Assembly (NCBI GenBank): GCA_013265495.1
Contig: MU062356.1
Span: 6,854,310-6,918,309, forward strand
Source: Vicugna vicugna
Taxonomy: Eukaryota
Reading direction: 5' to 3'
Length of the DNA: 64,000 nucleotides
Part shown: one piece after another, positions 37,798-51,575 of the stretch
How positions within the stretch are numbered: position 1 is the first letter of the stretch
Layout: every line of letters starts with the position of its first letter
Notes under the pieces: model-generated
What the model was told of the DNA's origin: nothing
Databases searched by the model: none
The model's input: only the letters and a program-made list of their open reading frames with translations
Program-made: the position numbers and the translations under genes

Positions 37798-39029
37798 CGC
37801 CTACATTCCTATCCCAGGCATCCTACCACCATCTTCGGGTGCCTGAAGTCAGGGGACACTGCCTGGAGCTCACGCAACTTTGAGAAGTGGACGCTGACTG
37901 ACTCCGCCTCCCTCCTGCCTCTGAAAATTCCCAGACCCAGGGGTGGGAAGTCCCTCGGCTACGCACAAAGGCTGTCAGGCAGCAGCGTTCCCCAGCCTGA
38001 GCTGTGTGGGATGATTCCCCAACAGTCCCAAACATTGCTGCTGTCTATACGACAGCAAAGAAATGTTTTGGCAGAAGCCAGTCTGGGCATCAAAATGCCG
38101 AGGCCCATATGTTCCTGCTAACTTCCTGCCAAAATGTTGTTGTCTGAGTTATGAAGAGTATAACTTTTTAATCCAGAATAAAAAGGGAGCTCTAACCCAG
38201 GGATGCATTTTACACTGAAAAAGTAAGACAACAAAAATGAGTTAAAATGTAACAAAAATGATAAATGGGAGTGATTGAGATTAGGAGATGAGGGAGGCAA
38301 AGTCCAGGAAATGTATAGAAGTCGAGGGGTTCCTACCGTCCGCCTCATCCTGGACTTTCAGCCTCAGGGGCTCACCCATGCGCAGTGATCCACCTGACTC
38401 CTAAAAGGAAACTGAAGGCAGCAAGCATTCCCACGCGATTGCTTCTTCCCACTTACACCCAATTAACCCTTGCTCCCCTCGGGTCTGCCTGATGCCTGGT
38501 TTCTGGACTCCACCTCAGAAGTAGCTGCTTGCTTCTGCCTTCTCTGGTTTTTGTAACTCACCCACCCCTAAGAGATGCCTTTGGGTGTATTTATTACCAC
38601 ACGGAGCTGATTAGAACCAAATGGATAAAAAATCTATTGAATTTTTGAGGGAGTGGTATTCTCCCCCCCAAAACCCATGAGACTGGAGTATAAAAAGACT
38701 TTGACAGTTTGAGCTGTACAACTTTTGGTCCTCAACCTTCCATGAGCAGGAGCAAACATTGAGGGCTACAGCCTGGAGGAGGATATTGCTCACCCCTTTC
38801 AGGTGTGGTCAGGGAAGAAGCTAAACGAGAAAAGTCCCTCGGGAGCACAGATCAGGGCTAATCCAGGAACCTCCCTCAACCCAGGTAGGGGTCTCCAAAA
38901 TGTGGCTGGCAGGATTTCAGAACTCCAGATGGGTGGTTGCTTTGTGTCTCTTTTTCTTTCTTTTTTTGAATAGGAACATTTATTGTGATGATTCTGTCTT
39001 TATTCCATCGTTAGATGGGACAGTCTTTT

Positions 39030-39531
39030 TAAAGTTCCCTGGTCTCTGGACCAGGAGAAGCCACATCCAGACTTGAAAGAGACTATTACGTGTTGCCCAG
39101 AGATCCCAGACTGTAAGCTAAAGGCAGTAGATTTGAAGTTGACTCTTAGGGGTGATGATGGTGTGGCTGGATTCTACATGTGGGAGGAAGGAGCGTATAT
39201 CAGACTGAAGCAGGGCCATTGGCGCTCACTATACCAGGCATGAGCTCCTGTGTATTTGTTCCCCATCTTCCCTAGTAGGTTGGGGTCATGTGACTGTATT
39301 CTGGCCATTGGATGTAAGTAGAATCACTCCGTCTAATTTTCCAGCTCCCTCTTCTTCTGCCAAGGTGACTGTGGACACCTCAGGTCGTCATGTTCCTGAT
39401 GGTGCATTGACAAGATGAGGGAAGACTGCCTCACACATATTGCAGTGGGCATGAGCTAGAAAGAAACATGGAAGTAAGCCATGGAGATTTTATTTGTAAC
39501 TGTATCATAACTTAGTCTATCCTGACTAATA
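39030..39531 (+). mobile_element. MLT1 internal 3' remnant plus MLT1G/H-type LTR
   Basis: gtgatgatggtgtggctggattctacatgtgggaggaaggag (internal end); ggtcatgtgactgtattctggccattgg; terminal cttagtctatcctgactaata. Confidence 0.6.
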
Positions 39532-41019
39532 GTCTTTTCTATTCATCAGAGAATATTTGTAATATGGGTTATTTTGAGATAATTCTTAAGTCTAGCAAAC
39601 TTGGGATGAAAGCAGGAAGAATTCTTTTCTTTTTATTTCATGGTAGAAATTATGTGTAAGATGAAATAAGGTTTAGGATTTCATGAGATGACGTTTTATA
39701 TAAACTGAAAATTAAATCCAAAGATCTATGTATTTCCAAACAGTTTTTGAAGAAAAGCTATTTTGAAAAAGGTTGCACTCTATCGCTGCTGAAAGCACTG
39801 GTTCAGGCACTCTATCACATCTCTCCTGCCTCCACAATCTAAGGTTTGTCATCACACGTAAAAGTGTCTGTCTTCTGAGCACAGACCCACGAGTTCACCC
39901 AAAGAAAAAGGCTTAGCAGTGTTTTTTCATCTCCTAGGTCAAGAAAGAGATTTGGTCAAGAAAAAGATTTGCTCAAGAATGACAATATTGTTTTGAGCAA
40001 AAATGAACAATGTAGGGTCCTTTAAACTGTAAATATTTTCAAAATCTTTGATAATGCTGTAGACTGACCCTCCTATCTGGAATTCTGGACGTTTGATTAT
40101 TAAATGGTATAAAGCAACTACACCAAGCAGAATCCAATACCAAGCATCTGTGCATAACAGTGCTATTTTCAGCTATTAGTTTCTTTATCAACCATTTTGG
40201 CATTTCTTGATTGAAAACAAGAAGCAAGTCTAGTCACAGGAAGCCTAGTCGTCAGAAGGATGTTGTAGTCCTTGCCCTACGAAGATGCCTGAACAATGAG
40301 TAAGTATCCATCGCTGCAATTCATATCACCCTCTTATTAGGATTCGGCACTTGTCAGCTGAATAAGTCTTGAATGACAACCACAGCTTTGCCCGTGGTAA
40401 CCATCTAGCTGATATACGCCTCAAGACATTCAGATTGGACTCCATACCCTTTACTGCCTACTATGATCTTAGGCCCAATGTTACATAGACAAGGAAGAGC
40501 TCTGTTTGCCATTAGAATAACTAATGGGTTTTTAGTTATGAGATTGAAGATTGTAGATCAGGTACTATTAGCTCCACGTCCGGCTGTTGGCTTGGCATCA
40601 CTTTCTATGTACCAAGAAGAGCAAAATTGTGAGAGGAGGTTCCTATTTTCCTTAAATTCAGATAGTTTTTAAAAAACATATCTTCTTTGTCAGATCTCTG
40701 ACCTCCATATGGATACCTCTGCTTCTATTAATTTACTTCATGTCACATTCTTATTAAAAAAACGAGTTCTTAATGCAGACAGTATTGACTGCCCACCAAA
40801 CTTCCCCTCATTCTTTCAGAACTCTCTCTCTCTTTTTTTTTTCAGGTATCCACCCATTCACCCAAACTAGAGTTTTCCTTTTGGTTATTGAGTTTGCTCT
40901 CTTTATTGCCAATGCTGGATTTTTATCATTTACCTACAAGAAACCTCCACTCTGGCGGGGAAGCTACTGTCTTTGACCTCCATGCTTCACTCAAAACAAC
41001 CATCTCCAGAGCTCTTGAA

Positions 41020-41362
41020 CTATCTGGTCCCCTGCGTGGGATGATTCTCCCTAGGTAGCCCCGTCACCTGCTTCCTCACTCTTTCAGGCCTTCGCTCAAT
41101 TGTCGGTTTCTCAGTGGGTCCTTCCCTGACCATCCTATTTAAGGTTTCAATTCCTAGCTGCATCCATAGAATCCTCAATCTTCCTTCTCCAATGCACTTG
41201 ACACATACTATGTATTTTTTCATTCCTTTCTTTATTGTCTGTTTCCCTCACTTTGATCCAAACCCCATGGAGGCAAAGGATTTTTTTCCTGGTTATTCAC
41301 TGTGCTATCAGGCACCCAGAATAGTGTCTGGCATCTAATAATACAATCTGTGGAATAAATTG
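41020..41362 (+). mobile_element. L2a 3' end
   Basis: ccttccctgaccatcctatttaagg; ccatggaggcaaaggatttt; cccagaatagtgtctggcat...tgtggaataaattga. Confidence 0.8.
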
Positions 41363-41462
41363 AGCTGGTTTTGTAATTCCACAGTCACTCAAGAGGCTCC
41401 AAAGGGTCAACACATCTTTGGTGTGTGTGCTGAGGAGTGCAAGGGGCCCAGGAAGGTGAGGT

Positions 41463-41656
41463 CAGTGCAGGAGCAAGGTATTTTGAGTTTGACGTAGAAG
41501 GAAAAATCACCAATCCTGTCTTTAACATTTTGAAATTTTGTTCACCATTGATCTTTTTACATAATTAAAAAATGCTGCATCAAGATATTTTCTGTTGGGT
41601 TTTCTGTGCCCCCTTAAATTCTGTGCATCATTAGCCTTCCCCTAGTCCTGGTCCTG
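41463..41656 (-). mobile_element. MER96B-like hAT-Tip100 MITE
   Basis: The reverse complement begins caggaccaggactagggga...aatttaagggggcac and ends ctcctgcactg, as in MER96B. Confidence 0.65.
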
Positions 41657-42369
41657 GGAGGGGTTCATAGGACCCTGGAATTAATCACTAAGTATGTGCT
41701 GATTTCTGGAAGACCCACTGCATCCTTCTCCAAGATGTTCAGGGATGGTTCTGCTCATATAGTTTGGGAAGCAGAGAGACTCTGTAAGTGTCATCTTTTG
41801 GGAGGAACTCTGAGAACAATGCCCAGAGAGGGGATTTCCAGACCAACAAAAGGGACTTGTGACAGGCCATCAGTGATAATGATGATATATACCAGGATAA
41901 TGATATCTAAGGTGCCAGTGTACCCAGCGAAAGAATTAGAACAGCAAGTCAAAGCCTAAGGCAAAAATGACATTTCCCCAACACTTTCCTTGATTTCGTA
42001 GAGAGTCCTGCTGGAGACCAGAAGACTACAACTCTGAACAAGCCTAGCCCATCTAGCTGTCCTTCCAGCGTCAGAGCAGCCTGGGATCTCTTCACATGTG
42101 TACCAAATGAAGCTGGCTGACATCCAAAGAACATGGCATATAACAAATACGTTCTTTAAAGATCTCCTGAGGGGCAAGGAAATGCTCATGGTACGAGAGG
42201 CATCTAGGAGCTGAGACTGACCGGGGGACCCACAAACACACAGTTCCCTTCTCATGCTCTCCCCAGGTCTCACTCTCACACACATCTTTTCTCTCTTTCT
42301 CTTTATCAATTATTGAGCACATATGATGAAGCCAATTAGCCCCAGTTCAATGTAAGATACAATCCTGCC

Positions 42370-42600
42370 ATTTTGAGTACTTACTATGTGTAGATATTGT
42401 GCTAATTGCTTACTCACATCATCATTTAGTTTGCACATCAGCTGTCTGGGGTAGGCACCCTTACTATGCTCCTTTTACAGATAAGAACACTGAGGATCAG
42501 AAAGGTCCACTTTCCCCAAGGTCACATAACTGGTAAATCTTGGAACTGAGAATCCGAACAGGAATTCAAAGACCTTTCTCTTCACCACTCTGCAATGCTG
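42370..42600 (-). mobile_element. MIR SINE
   Basis: ttttacagataagaacactgaggatcagaaagg...ccaaggtcacataactggtaa. Confidence 0.8.
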
Positions 42601-44227
42601 TCAGTCCTTGCCTTCAGGTCTCCTCGGTCTAAGGCATCAGAAGAACTTGACCTTGGCCTCACTCACTCTCATGTAACCTTCCTTGACTTGTTCCTACCTA
42701 GTACGGGAGAAAGGACAACTGGCCTGAAATACAGGTGACTGAAATTCTTCTTTTTGTTCTGCCACTGACTTCATTCATAATTTTAGGCAAGCTCCTTGGT
42801 TTTGCAAAGACTGAATTAAGTCAATTGTAAAACAAGGGTTTTATATTAGATTACCTTCCACACCACATTTTTAGTTTGAACTTTCCATGATTCCATTTCA
42901 TGATCTAAGGCAATAGTAGCTACCACAAAACACTTAGTTGGAAAAGACTGATGGTGACATTTTAGTGAACCATTATCACCTTAAACCACTGCTCTAAAGC
43001 CAAGGGAAGATTTGAAAATGAGATAGGAAATAATTATAGAGGAGAGAGAATTTCCACAAAAGGGATGCACTCAGCCTCAGAGATCTCTCTTTGTAGGCAT
43101 GTGTCCTCCAAAAGTCAGGAAGGTCTAGATGACTTCTTTTGTACAAAGACGAGATATTTTCAGAGAAGAGAGCTCTTTTACAACTCGAGCTTTGTTGGAC
43201 TCCCACTGTTCTAGTGTTACATGGTTGGGGGAAGAACAACTCTGAGTAAATCAGCAACACAAGTCAAATTACTGAACTGTACCTTGAGGAGGAACGCCTG
43301 AAGCTCATAGCCAGACTGTTCAGTTATTCAAACAGAGTTTAACTGAAAAGTTTTTGAAATAAACACCAAAGCACCAGTGCCAGGGTGGGATCTTCAAGGA
43401 AGAAAGTTGGCTTGGAGACATAGGACCACACAGTGATCTTGACCACAGCCTGACCCTACTGCTTAAATGAAGAATTTTACCAACACTTTGATAACGGATG
43501 GTGTATATGAAACAGTGGAACTGCACTCTACAATATTTATCATTTACTATGTATGTTTTCACTTAACTGTGATTTTGTTGTACGTGGCTCATTTTAGAGG
43601 GTGAATTTAGTTTTTTACCAGTAATTAAAAATGTTCCTTATAAAGTCCCTCCTTTCTTCTACTCCTTCTCCCTCCCTTCTCCTCTCACTCCATTCTTCCC
43701 ACCTGTTATTTTTTTTAACACATATTTACTGGCTGCCTTCTTTGGATTCAGATGCTACATATACCATGTTGAGCAGAAAACAGAAGTCGTTCCCACTTCA
43801 CAGAGTTTTTGGACTTTGGTGCCAGTCCAGAACCTCTTCCAGTTATATGAACCAGGGGGAAATAATTGACATTTGCATTCACTGCCATGGTCCCCAAGAC
43901 TGGTGGGAGCTCCTCATATACAAATATCTCTGTTGAGCAACATAGCTCCTAATAGCTCTCATGTATGGAACATCTACTCAGTCTCCTGGGAAGCAGCAGG
44001 CGGCAGAGTTAAAAATGCAAGAAGTTCCAATAGTCACTTTCACTAAAGTAAAGTTGTTCTCTAGAACAAATACTTTAGAGCCTCCTCAGCAGATGACTTT
44101 ACACAATTTCAGTTCATTGCTTTCCACATATACTGAACACACAAAAGGTGTTAACTACCAGAGCAGCTGCTACAGGTTAGTCAGTGTGCACCCACTAACT
44201 ATTAGCTGCTGGACATTCAAAAATGAT

Positions 44228-44969
44228 NNNNNNNNNNNNNNNNNNNNNNNNNNNNNNNNNNNNNNNNNNNNNNNNNNNNNNNNNNNNNNNNNNNNNNNNN
44301 NNNNNNNNNNNNNNNNNNNNNNNNNNNNNNNNNNNNNNNNNNNNNNNNNNNNNNNNNNNNNNNNNNNNNNNNNNNNNNCACTCCTGGGCATATATCCAGA
44401 GGAAACTAATTTGAAAAGATACATGCACCCCATTGTTCANNNNNNNNNNNNNNNNNNNNNNNNNNNNNNNNNNNNNNNNNNNNNNNNNNNNNNNNNNNNN
44501 NNNNNNNNNNNNNNNNNNNNNNNNNNNNNNNNNNNNNNNNNNNNNNNNNNNNNNNNNNNNNNNNNNNNNNNNNNNNNNNNNNNNNNNNNNNNNNNNNNNN
44601 NNNNNNNNNNNNNNTGAAGTAAGCCAGAAAGAAAAATACCATGATATCACTTTTTTGTGGAATCTGAAAAAAAAAGACACAAGTGAACTTATGTACAAAA
44701 CAGAGACAGACTCACATAGAAAACAAACTTATAGTTACCAAGGGGAAAGGGGATGGGGAGGAATAAATTGGGAGTTTAGGATTTCTAGATACTAACTACT
44801 ATACATAAAATAGATACTAACAACAAGGTCCTACTATATAGCACAGGGAACTATATTCAGTATCTTATAATGGCCTATAGTGAAAAATATACATATGAAT
44901 GAATCACTCTGCTGTACACCAAAAATTGACACAACATTGTAAATCAACTATACTTCAATTAAAAAAAAA
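44228..44969 (+). mobile_element. Cetartiodactyl-type L1 3' end with poly(A), containing two N blocks (44228-44378, 44440-44614)
   Basis: ctcctgggcatatatccagagg; aacaaggtcctactatatagcacagggaactatattcag; acattgtaaatcaactatacttcaattaaaaaaaaa. Confidence 0.9.
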
Positions 44970-44970
44970 G

Positions 44971-45200
44971 AAGTGAATGAGACATGGTTACTATCATGAA
45001 AACACATAAACAAATCATTACGATAGTGTGTGAGAAAGGACAGTGGTGGAAATATTCATAAGGTACTGAAGTAGAAAGGAGGGATTCATTCTATTCTGGG
45101 CTGGAGAAAGGCCCATGAAGGCCACCCAGAATGGACTGTTACAGAGTGTTTTAAAAGTTGAATAGGAATTTTCTAGGCTGAGGCAGTGGAGGCTAGGATG
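44971..45200 (-). mobile_element. L2 fragment
   Basis: Purine-rich gtgaatgagacatgg...gttttaaaagttgaataggaattttctaggc, typical of antisense L2. Confidence 0.5.
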
Positions 45201-45794
45201 GAGCAGGGGGAGGTAGAGTGTGCCGGGCACTCCAAGCAGAGGAAACTACACCCATCCGGGCAGGAGGTATGCCATGGGGGAGGGGCACACCAGTAGTTTC
45301 ATGTTTCTGCATCAAAAAGCATGAAGCTGGATGAGCTGGAAGATGAGTGAAGATGGAGATCGGGTGCCACTCCTTGTGCATCTGCTCTAAGAGCTTGGGT
45401 TCTATCTGCTAGGCCAGGCAATGGAGGGGTCGGTGCACAGGCTGTTCCTGAACGCACTGAATGTGGGAGAATGACAATGTTCTAGTTGCTTTTCCCAGTT
45501 TCCCTGGTGCTGTGTGAGATAAAGACCTTTCACAGGACCAGACAGGTCACACTCAAAATTGCTCCTTTCCCACAGTCAGCAGTCAGATGCCTCAGCTCTC
45601 CCACACCTCGCGGGGAGCCCTGCTCACCCCTGGTATCCTCTGGAAAGCTGTGGTCGGCAGATGACTCAAGTCTCCTGGCCCGGGCCCTGCCGTTATCCCA
45701 TTCCTGTTTCTCCCATCAGGTCCTCGTGAAAAGAACTCTGGTTCCTGAGGGAGGCTGGCGGATTCCGTGCCCCCTGGGGAGTTGATAGATGCGT

Positions 45795-46270
45795 AATCTG
45801 TTCCGGCTGACCCAGTGGGTTGCGAGTAACAAATCAAAGCAATCTAACTTAAATAAAAATAAACATTTAAAACACATCATTTAAGGATGCAGCGTTGGCT
45901 TAAGGAACCTAAGGGCAGTAACACAAGCAGGCTTCAGGAAGGCTCTGACTAGCAACCAGAGGCTTCGGACACACAGGCAGTTCTTCCCTTATTCTCATTT
46001 TTACCTTCCTCTTCATGTCTTCTCTATTAATTTTTCCTTCTCCCTGGACCAGCTTTCTTGGCTCTCTGCACCCTGGAAAGCTTTAGTTGCCAACTTTGTA
46101 TCTTCTAGATCCAGCCATGTTGAACGACCCCCTAAGTGCCAATCCCAGATTCCCAGAGGAGAGGATCTGATTGGCCTGCCTTGAATCAGGTGTTACTGTT
46201 GGTCCACTCAGCCGTCTCCAAGGGCAGCTGTCACCCTCCCAACATGGATGGCTGGGCCCCACCTCTGTGG
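45795..46270 (-). mobile_element. MLT1J/K-type solo LTR
   Basis: ggttgcgagtaacaaatcaaagcaatctaacttaaataaa; gagaggatctgattggcctgccttgaatcaggtg. Confidence 0.6.
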
Positions 46271-49200
46271 TTTCAAGAATTAGATGTGGAGGAAGAGGAC
46301 AGCCTCAAAGTAAGGAAATTAGTAGAGAGCTGATCGGATACTCTGGGAGTAGGTTGTACAAATACAAACACAATCACACTGACCACACACACACACACAA
46401 ACAGCATCCAAATGTTTGTAGTTTTTAAGAACTAGTTAAACACAATTTTAATTACTTTAACTTCTATAGTCAAGAAAAAAACACTGTTTTAAGTAAAATT
46501 TCACCACTGTAGCCTTTTTATTTCAACTAAGGGCTTGAAATTTGTAACCTCTGAGTTTTCTTCTAATGCTACAATTCCTTGATTAAAGGCAGGGGTTTGT
46601 CAGGCACAGTGAGTGTGAATTTCCACATGTCTTCCATTTTCCAGCAGCACTTAACTAAGCTCAGACCTTTTGTGTTGCCACGGCCACACTTATGGAAGAA
46701 GATCTTACTTAAACTAACACTTAACAGCTCATTCGCCAGTTACTCAGGCTCCAGATAATATCTGACTATTTGCAAAAATCAAACTCAGCCTCAAATGACA
46801 AAAACTTGGCTCCATTGGCAATATTCAATAGAAAATGCCGTGGGCTTTAGTAACAATTCCCAGGGTGATATTAAAACAAAACAAAAACCGCCATTAAAAA
46901 CTAAAACCGTAAAATGACAAAAACTCAGCCTCCTATGGTGACTGTTTTGAAGGCACTGATAAAAGTCTGGGCTATATATAAGTTACGGCATGTTTGTTAA
47001 AAAAAGTCAATATCATTACCTTAGTATTATTACATTTCACGTATAGCCAGATAAAGAACTGTTCTGGGGTTCAAACATTCCTCAATTCCACCCTCCTTAC
47101 ACGTGTAAACATTCTCATCCTTCAGTTATCTTTGGTTTTCTCAGGCCAAAAGAAGACAAGGAGTTAAGAAAAATACAGAAAGACCCCCAGGTATATCTGA
47201 ATCTCTGTGAACACTGAAAAGAAAGGGACTGGATAATATGCCATTTCAGCCTCGTGCATAATTTAGGGCTCTCTGCAGGCTGATCTCCTTCAGATCAGTG
47301 GTCCTTTACACGACTACATTCACAGAGCCTTATATTATAAATCTACGTATTAATTTTTTGCCAGGAAGTATTCTGGAGGTGATTGCTAGCTGCGGTCCTT
47401 CACACGGATGATAATGGTAGACTTGTCGTCTGAAACTCTCCCAGTTTCCGTTAGCCTAACAAAGCATTTCCTCCCATTGCATATTTAGAAGCACAAGGGG
47501 CCAAGCAGTATTTTTAAATGGACAAAACAAAATCTTCATCGTGTCTTTATTTCCATTAGTAAGAAAAAATATGCAAATCTCCTATTGGAGTGCAGCTGAG
47601 GGATACAGAGGCAGTTGATGAAAAGACAATCTTCTGACATACAATTTCTCTGCAGTTGCTGGAGCCCCTCCCCACCCTCTTCCCCAGTGGTCTGGAGTGG
47701 GTGGGGGAGAGGTTACTGAGCTATGAATGCATTTCCCATATTGGATCCGGAGCAGAAGCAGCGGAGCTAATGTACTGCGTATTCAAATGAGACTCTTTAA
47801 AGCAGAGCTGAATTGAGCTCAGATGCAAATCGCCGTGGCAGAAGCACTTTCTGCTGGCCTTTGTCCTCTCTGTCTGTGTCCTTACACACACAGTCAAGGA
47901 CTCCCAGCCGAGATGTTTAGCCTTCTGAGAAAGTAAACAGTCTTGTCCTCCCCTCTCCCTTAATATAGACGCGGTCACAATGTGCTCTGCCTGCTAAAAA
48001 TGTGACGGCAAGAACGTTCTAGTCTGAGATGGGGGATGGTTCTTGAAGGACTGACCAGACACAAAAGGTGAGAAAGCAAAGTCTGTGCTGGGGAACGGGG
48101 GAAGCCTGGAAACGAAGGAAAGAACAGTGATGGGAAGAGAGAGGGATCTGAAAACCACTAGAGATAAAGGAAAAGGGGAAAAATGAGAAGGAAAGAAGAT
48201 TCCTTGAAATAATGAATAAGATGTTGCATGATATTTGTAACTGAACCTTAGAACCAAACGTAAGACTGAAAGGCAAGGCCAAGTCCCCAGTGAGCCTAAC
48301 TGTTTCCCACCTGGGATGCTCTGGGAAACAAATCGAACCCGATAAAGAGAACTTACCCTGCCCTCCACGTCCCCCCAGGAGGTCGTATATTTTCACTCAT
48401 AGGAGACTTTGGGCTTAAACTTGGTTCTTAAGGGGAAATGCCACGTCCTTTGAGCCTCCTCTCTGCCGATGCCTCTGTTCCTGAAAGAATCCCTGCCTGG
48501 GGAGGCTCTCCCATCGTGTGTGCTCTCATTTGAGAAGGAAGAACCAAACCCATGAACACTCACCCAGAGTCACCCAGAGTCAATCAGGGTGAAGCCAAGT
48601 GAAAGTCCTGATCTCAGATGCTCCCTTGGTCCCTTGTCTTTCTGCCCCTCCTCCTCTCGTCTTCCATCCCGTCCCTCACATAGGTTAAAGACTCATTGGC
48701 AAATGTGTGGCATTGAGAGAAAACTATCCAGATCATGTGGCTGGAAACGGAGCCCTAAACAGTCCTTTAAGCAGGGGCAGGGGAGCTGTCTCTGTGTTCT
48801 GTATTAGTAGCTGAACTGATGTTGGAATGAAACAGCATGCGATCTCCTTAAAAAATTGCTGAATAAAATTCAGCAGGCTAATTTAAATATATGAGCTAAT
48901 TATCTGTTGCAAGTGAATTAAAAATATGGAAAGTTTCACAAAGCATATTGATTTTTTTAACATAATTTTACTTCTGCTAGCTAAATGTCAGCTCCAAATG
49001 CAGGATCCTGCTATGTTCTTTTCAGTTTTCATGATTCTATTTATTATTCATAAGAAAGCAAAGATTCCCATTTCACACCTCCGTAATGAGACACATCCTG
49101 CTCTAGGTGGACAGGAAAAGCAAAATTTTGGAAGCGTGGACCCCTTGTAGCTTAAACGGCTGTGCTTAGTTTATTGAAACACTGAATGTGGTATGCAATT

Positions 49201-51339
49201 TGGTTAAAAAAAAAACACAGCAAGGTAATTTGGGCTAGTTGGGCATGTGTATAGAGTCAATAACCACTGAATGTACAAGAAACATGGTCATGATGGAATT
49301 CAGCCCATAGCAAGCAAGAGCCCAGTTTCTCATCCATGTGGTGCATTTTGGTCATGGTATCAGGCCCATCACAGAAAGTAAAACTGTTATTGTCAGTGCA
49401 TGCAGCCTTGAAACGCACACATAAGGTTGGCCCTACCCACCATCCTTATTCTGCCATTGTGGGTGGTTGCTGACAATCATTCCCCACCGTGGGCAGAACT
49501 GCACTTCCCTGAAAAAGCATTACTCCCTATGACTTGTGACGAGTCAGAGGTGTTTGTTTCACCCCTGCAAAGGAAATCTTCCCGCCTGCCCCATGTTTAG
49601 TAGCATCTATGTCATTTGAATTATTTCATCAAATGGAAAACCAGGATAGCAAAATATCCAACAGCAGACTGCCTCAGAGAGACCCTCAGAAATCAAAGCT
49701 TGTGTGTATCTAGTGTGGAGGGAGGGGAAGAGGGAAGGTAACGTGTTTTGGAAGACAAGTCTCTGATTGCCAAGTGAGGGCAGCAGGTGCACAACCTTGC
49801 CTTCTGAACACCAGTTGTAGCTAATTTACAGCGTCAGCGATGGGCAAGAATCATCACCAGGCTGCTCGGCCAAAGATCAGTGATGCCTGTCAGGCAGTAC
49901 CAGGCCTCTGATTTGGAGACTCAAGAATAGAAGTGATGAAAGAGAGGTGGATTTTAACATGCAGTACGTAGGGGTGAAACAGTCTTTTTCTCTGGCTTTT
50001 ACCTAAACGAGGCTTCCAGCTGAGCCAGAAGATGTACCGGGTTCCCACGGGGCTTACATACATGGAAGGGAAACAGCATTGGGTTCAAGAACTTGGATCT
50101 GACTGATTTTGATATGCTCTGTGTGTCTCAAGACAGTGTAGTTTTCCCCATTTGCCAATCAATCACCTCCTCCCAGAATCTTTCTAGGGTGAGTAAAGAA
50201 GGCAACAAGATATTTGGTAGGGCTGCCAGGAGATCAGAGGTCAGGTATTGAAAAATAATTAATTAGCTGACATGCCTCAGAAAACTCTCTCTGGGAAAAG
50301 TCTCCTGCAACACTTATAGAAGGATAAGCTATAAAGGAAATCGGAAAAGCGAAAGGAAAGAACAAACGAGGAAATAAGGTGAAGATGCACAAAAGGAAGA
50401 AAAGAATCCGACGGCTTTTATTTGCCCTTTCAAACACATTTTGAACAGGGTTTTCCTCCAACCTGCCCCACAATAGTCATGTTCTGTCAGTGTATTAAGC
50501 TGAGATTTTTTCCCCCAGTGAATAAACAGCAAACTGTTTCTTCAGGAGTAAATTGTATTTACTGCATACCCAATTAACCACAGTGCTTACATGTCTTTAG
50601 AGTTGTTTTCGTTCACAGTCTGCTTGTATGGAGGAACTTGGGAATACACGAATGATCAAAACTCAGCACAATTTTCTCCGTCATCTGCTCAAGAAAGCCA
50701 ATCTGCTTCCAAGATGTCAAAGATGTCTTGACCCCTCCATGAACAATGGAAGTCAAAGGCCAAATAACTTATTATCAATCGGACTTAGTGAGACCTTTTC
50801 TTTCATTTTTGGACTTCCTGTATCTGGCTGTGATTTCAAGGATGAAGGATGTGTATGATGGTACTTGGCCTCTCCAGGGATCCTCCTAGTTGTTTATACT
50901 CCTTGAAGGTGGCCATGTGGCTGGGGTACAGGGTGTGGTTTAGGGAATTAGGTGCTGGAGACTTCCACTTCATATTAACTCTTAAACAAGGAAATGTTAC
51001 GGAGGTACCCTGATCCCTCTGCTGTGTGACTGCCGGCGCATACAGACGACAGCATCTTTAGCAAAATCTTTCCTGACAAAACCTGAGAAATGAGAACATA
51101 TCTAGTCATGGATGGAAGCAGACTGTATAACTGGCTGCGTATTTTGATTGATAGCATGAAAATAATTAAGGGTGGTATGGGGTCAGGAGATTTTCACATC
51201 TGGAAAAAGCAGAGGTTTTGGGTTGAGATCAATGAACAACCCAAGTCTGAATATCCTTGGATAATAAGAAATTAAATATTTAGAGAAGATATGATAATTC
51301 AGCTGCAGTAGAGGGTCCTAGATGTAGGTATGAGGAATA

Positions 51340-51575
51340 GTAATGACAGCAACTCTAACATAGCATTTAGTATGACCGAGGTGCTATTTGTGTATTTAAT
51401 TACCCAATCCTCACAACAACCCTATGAAAGAAGTAATAGAGTTATTCCTGTCTTACAGATGAGGCAATGGTAGCCCAGAGAATTTACGTAAGTTGACATC
51501 TACAGCTAGTGAGCAGTAGAGACAGATTTGAACCCAGGCAGGCTGGTCCCAGAGCCCGTGATCTTGGACGCCACA
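51340..51575 (-). mobile_element. MIR SINE
   Basis: aatcctcacaacaaccctatga...ttacagatgagg...gatttgaacccaggcaggctgg. Confidence 0.85.

Noticed and set aside
38290-40760. Unassigned LTR-like (38.3-38.6 kb) and possibly transposase/LINE-like (40.0-40.75 kb) stretches
   Set aside because: No motif or translated similarity I could support; needs a Dfam search.
43961-44698. Longest ORF-track entries (218 aa and 167 aa)
   Set aside because: They are open only because they run through N blocks; the readable parts are L1 ORF2/3' UTR or unique noncoding DNA.
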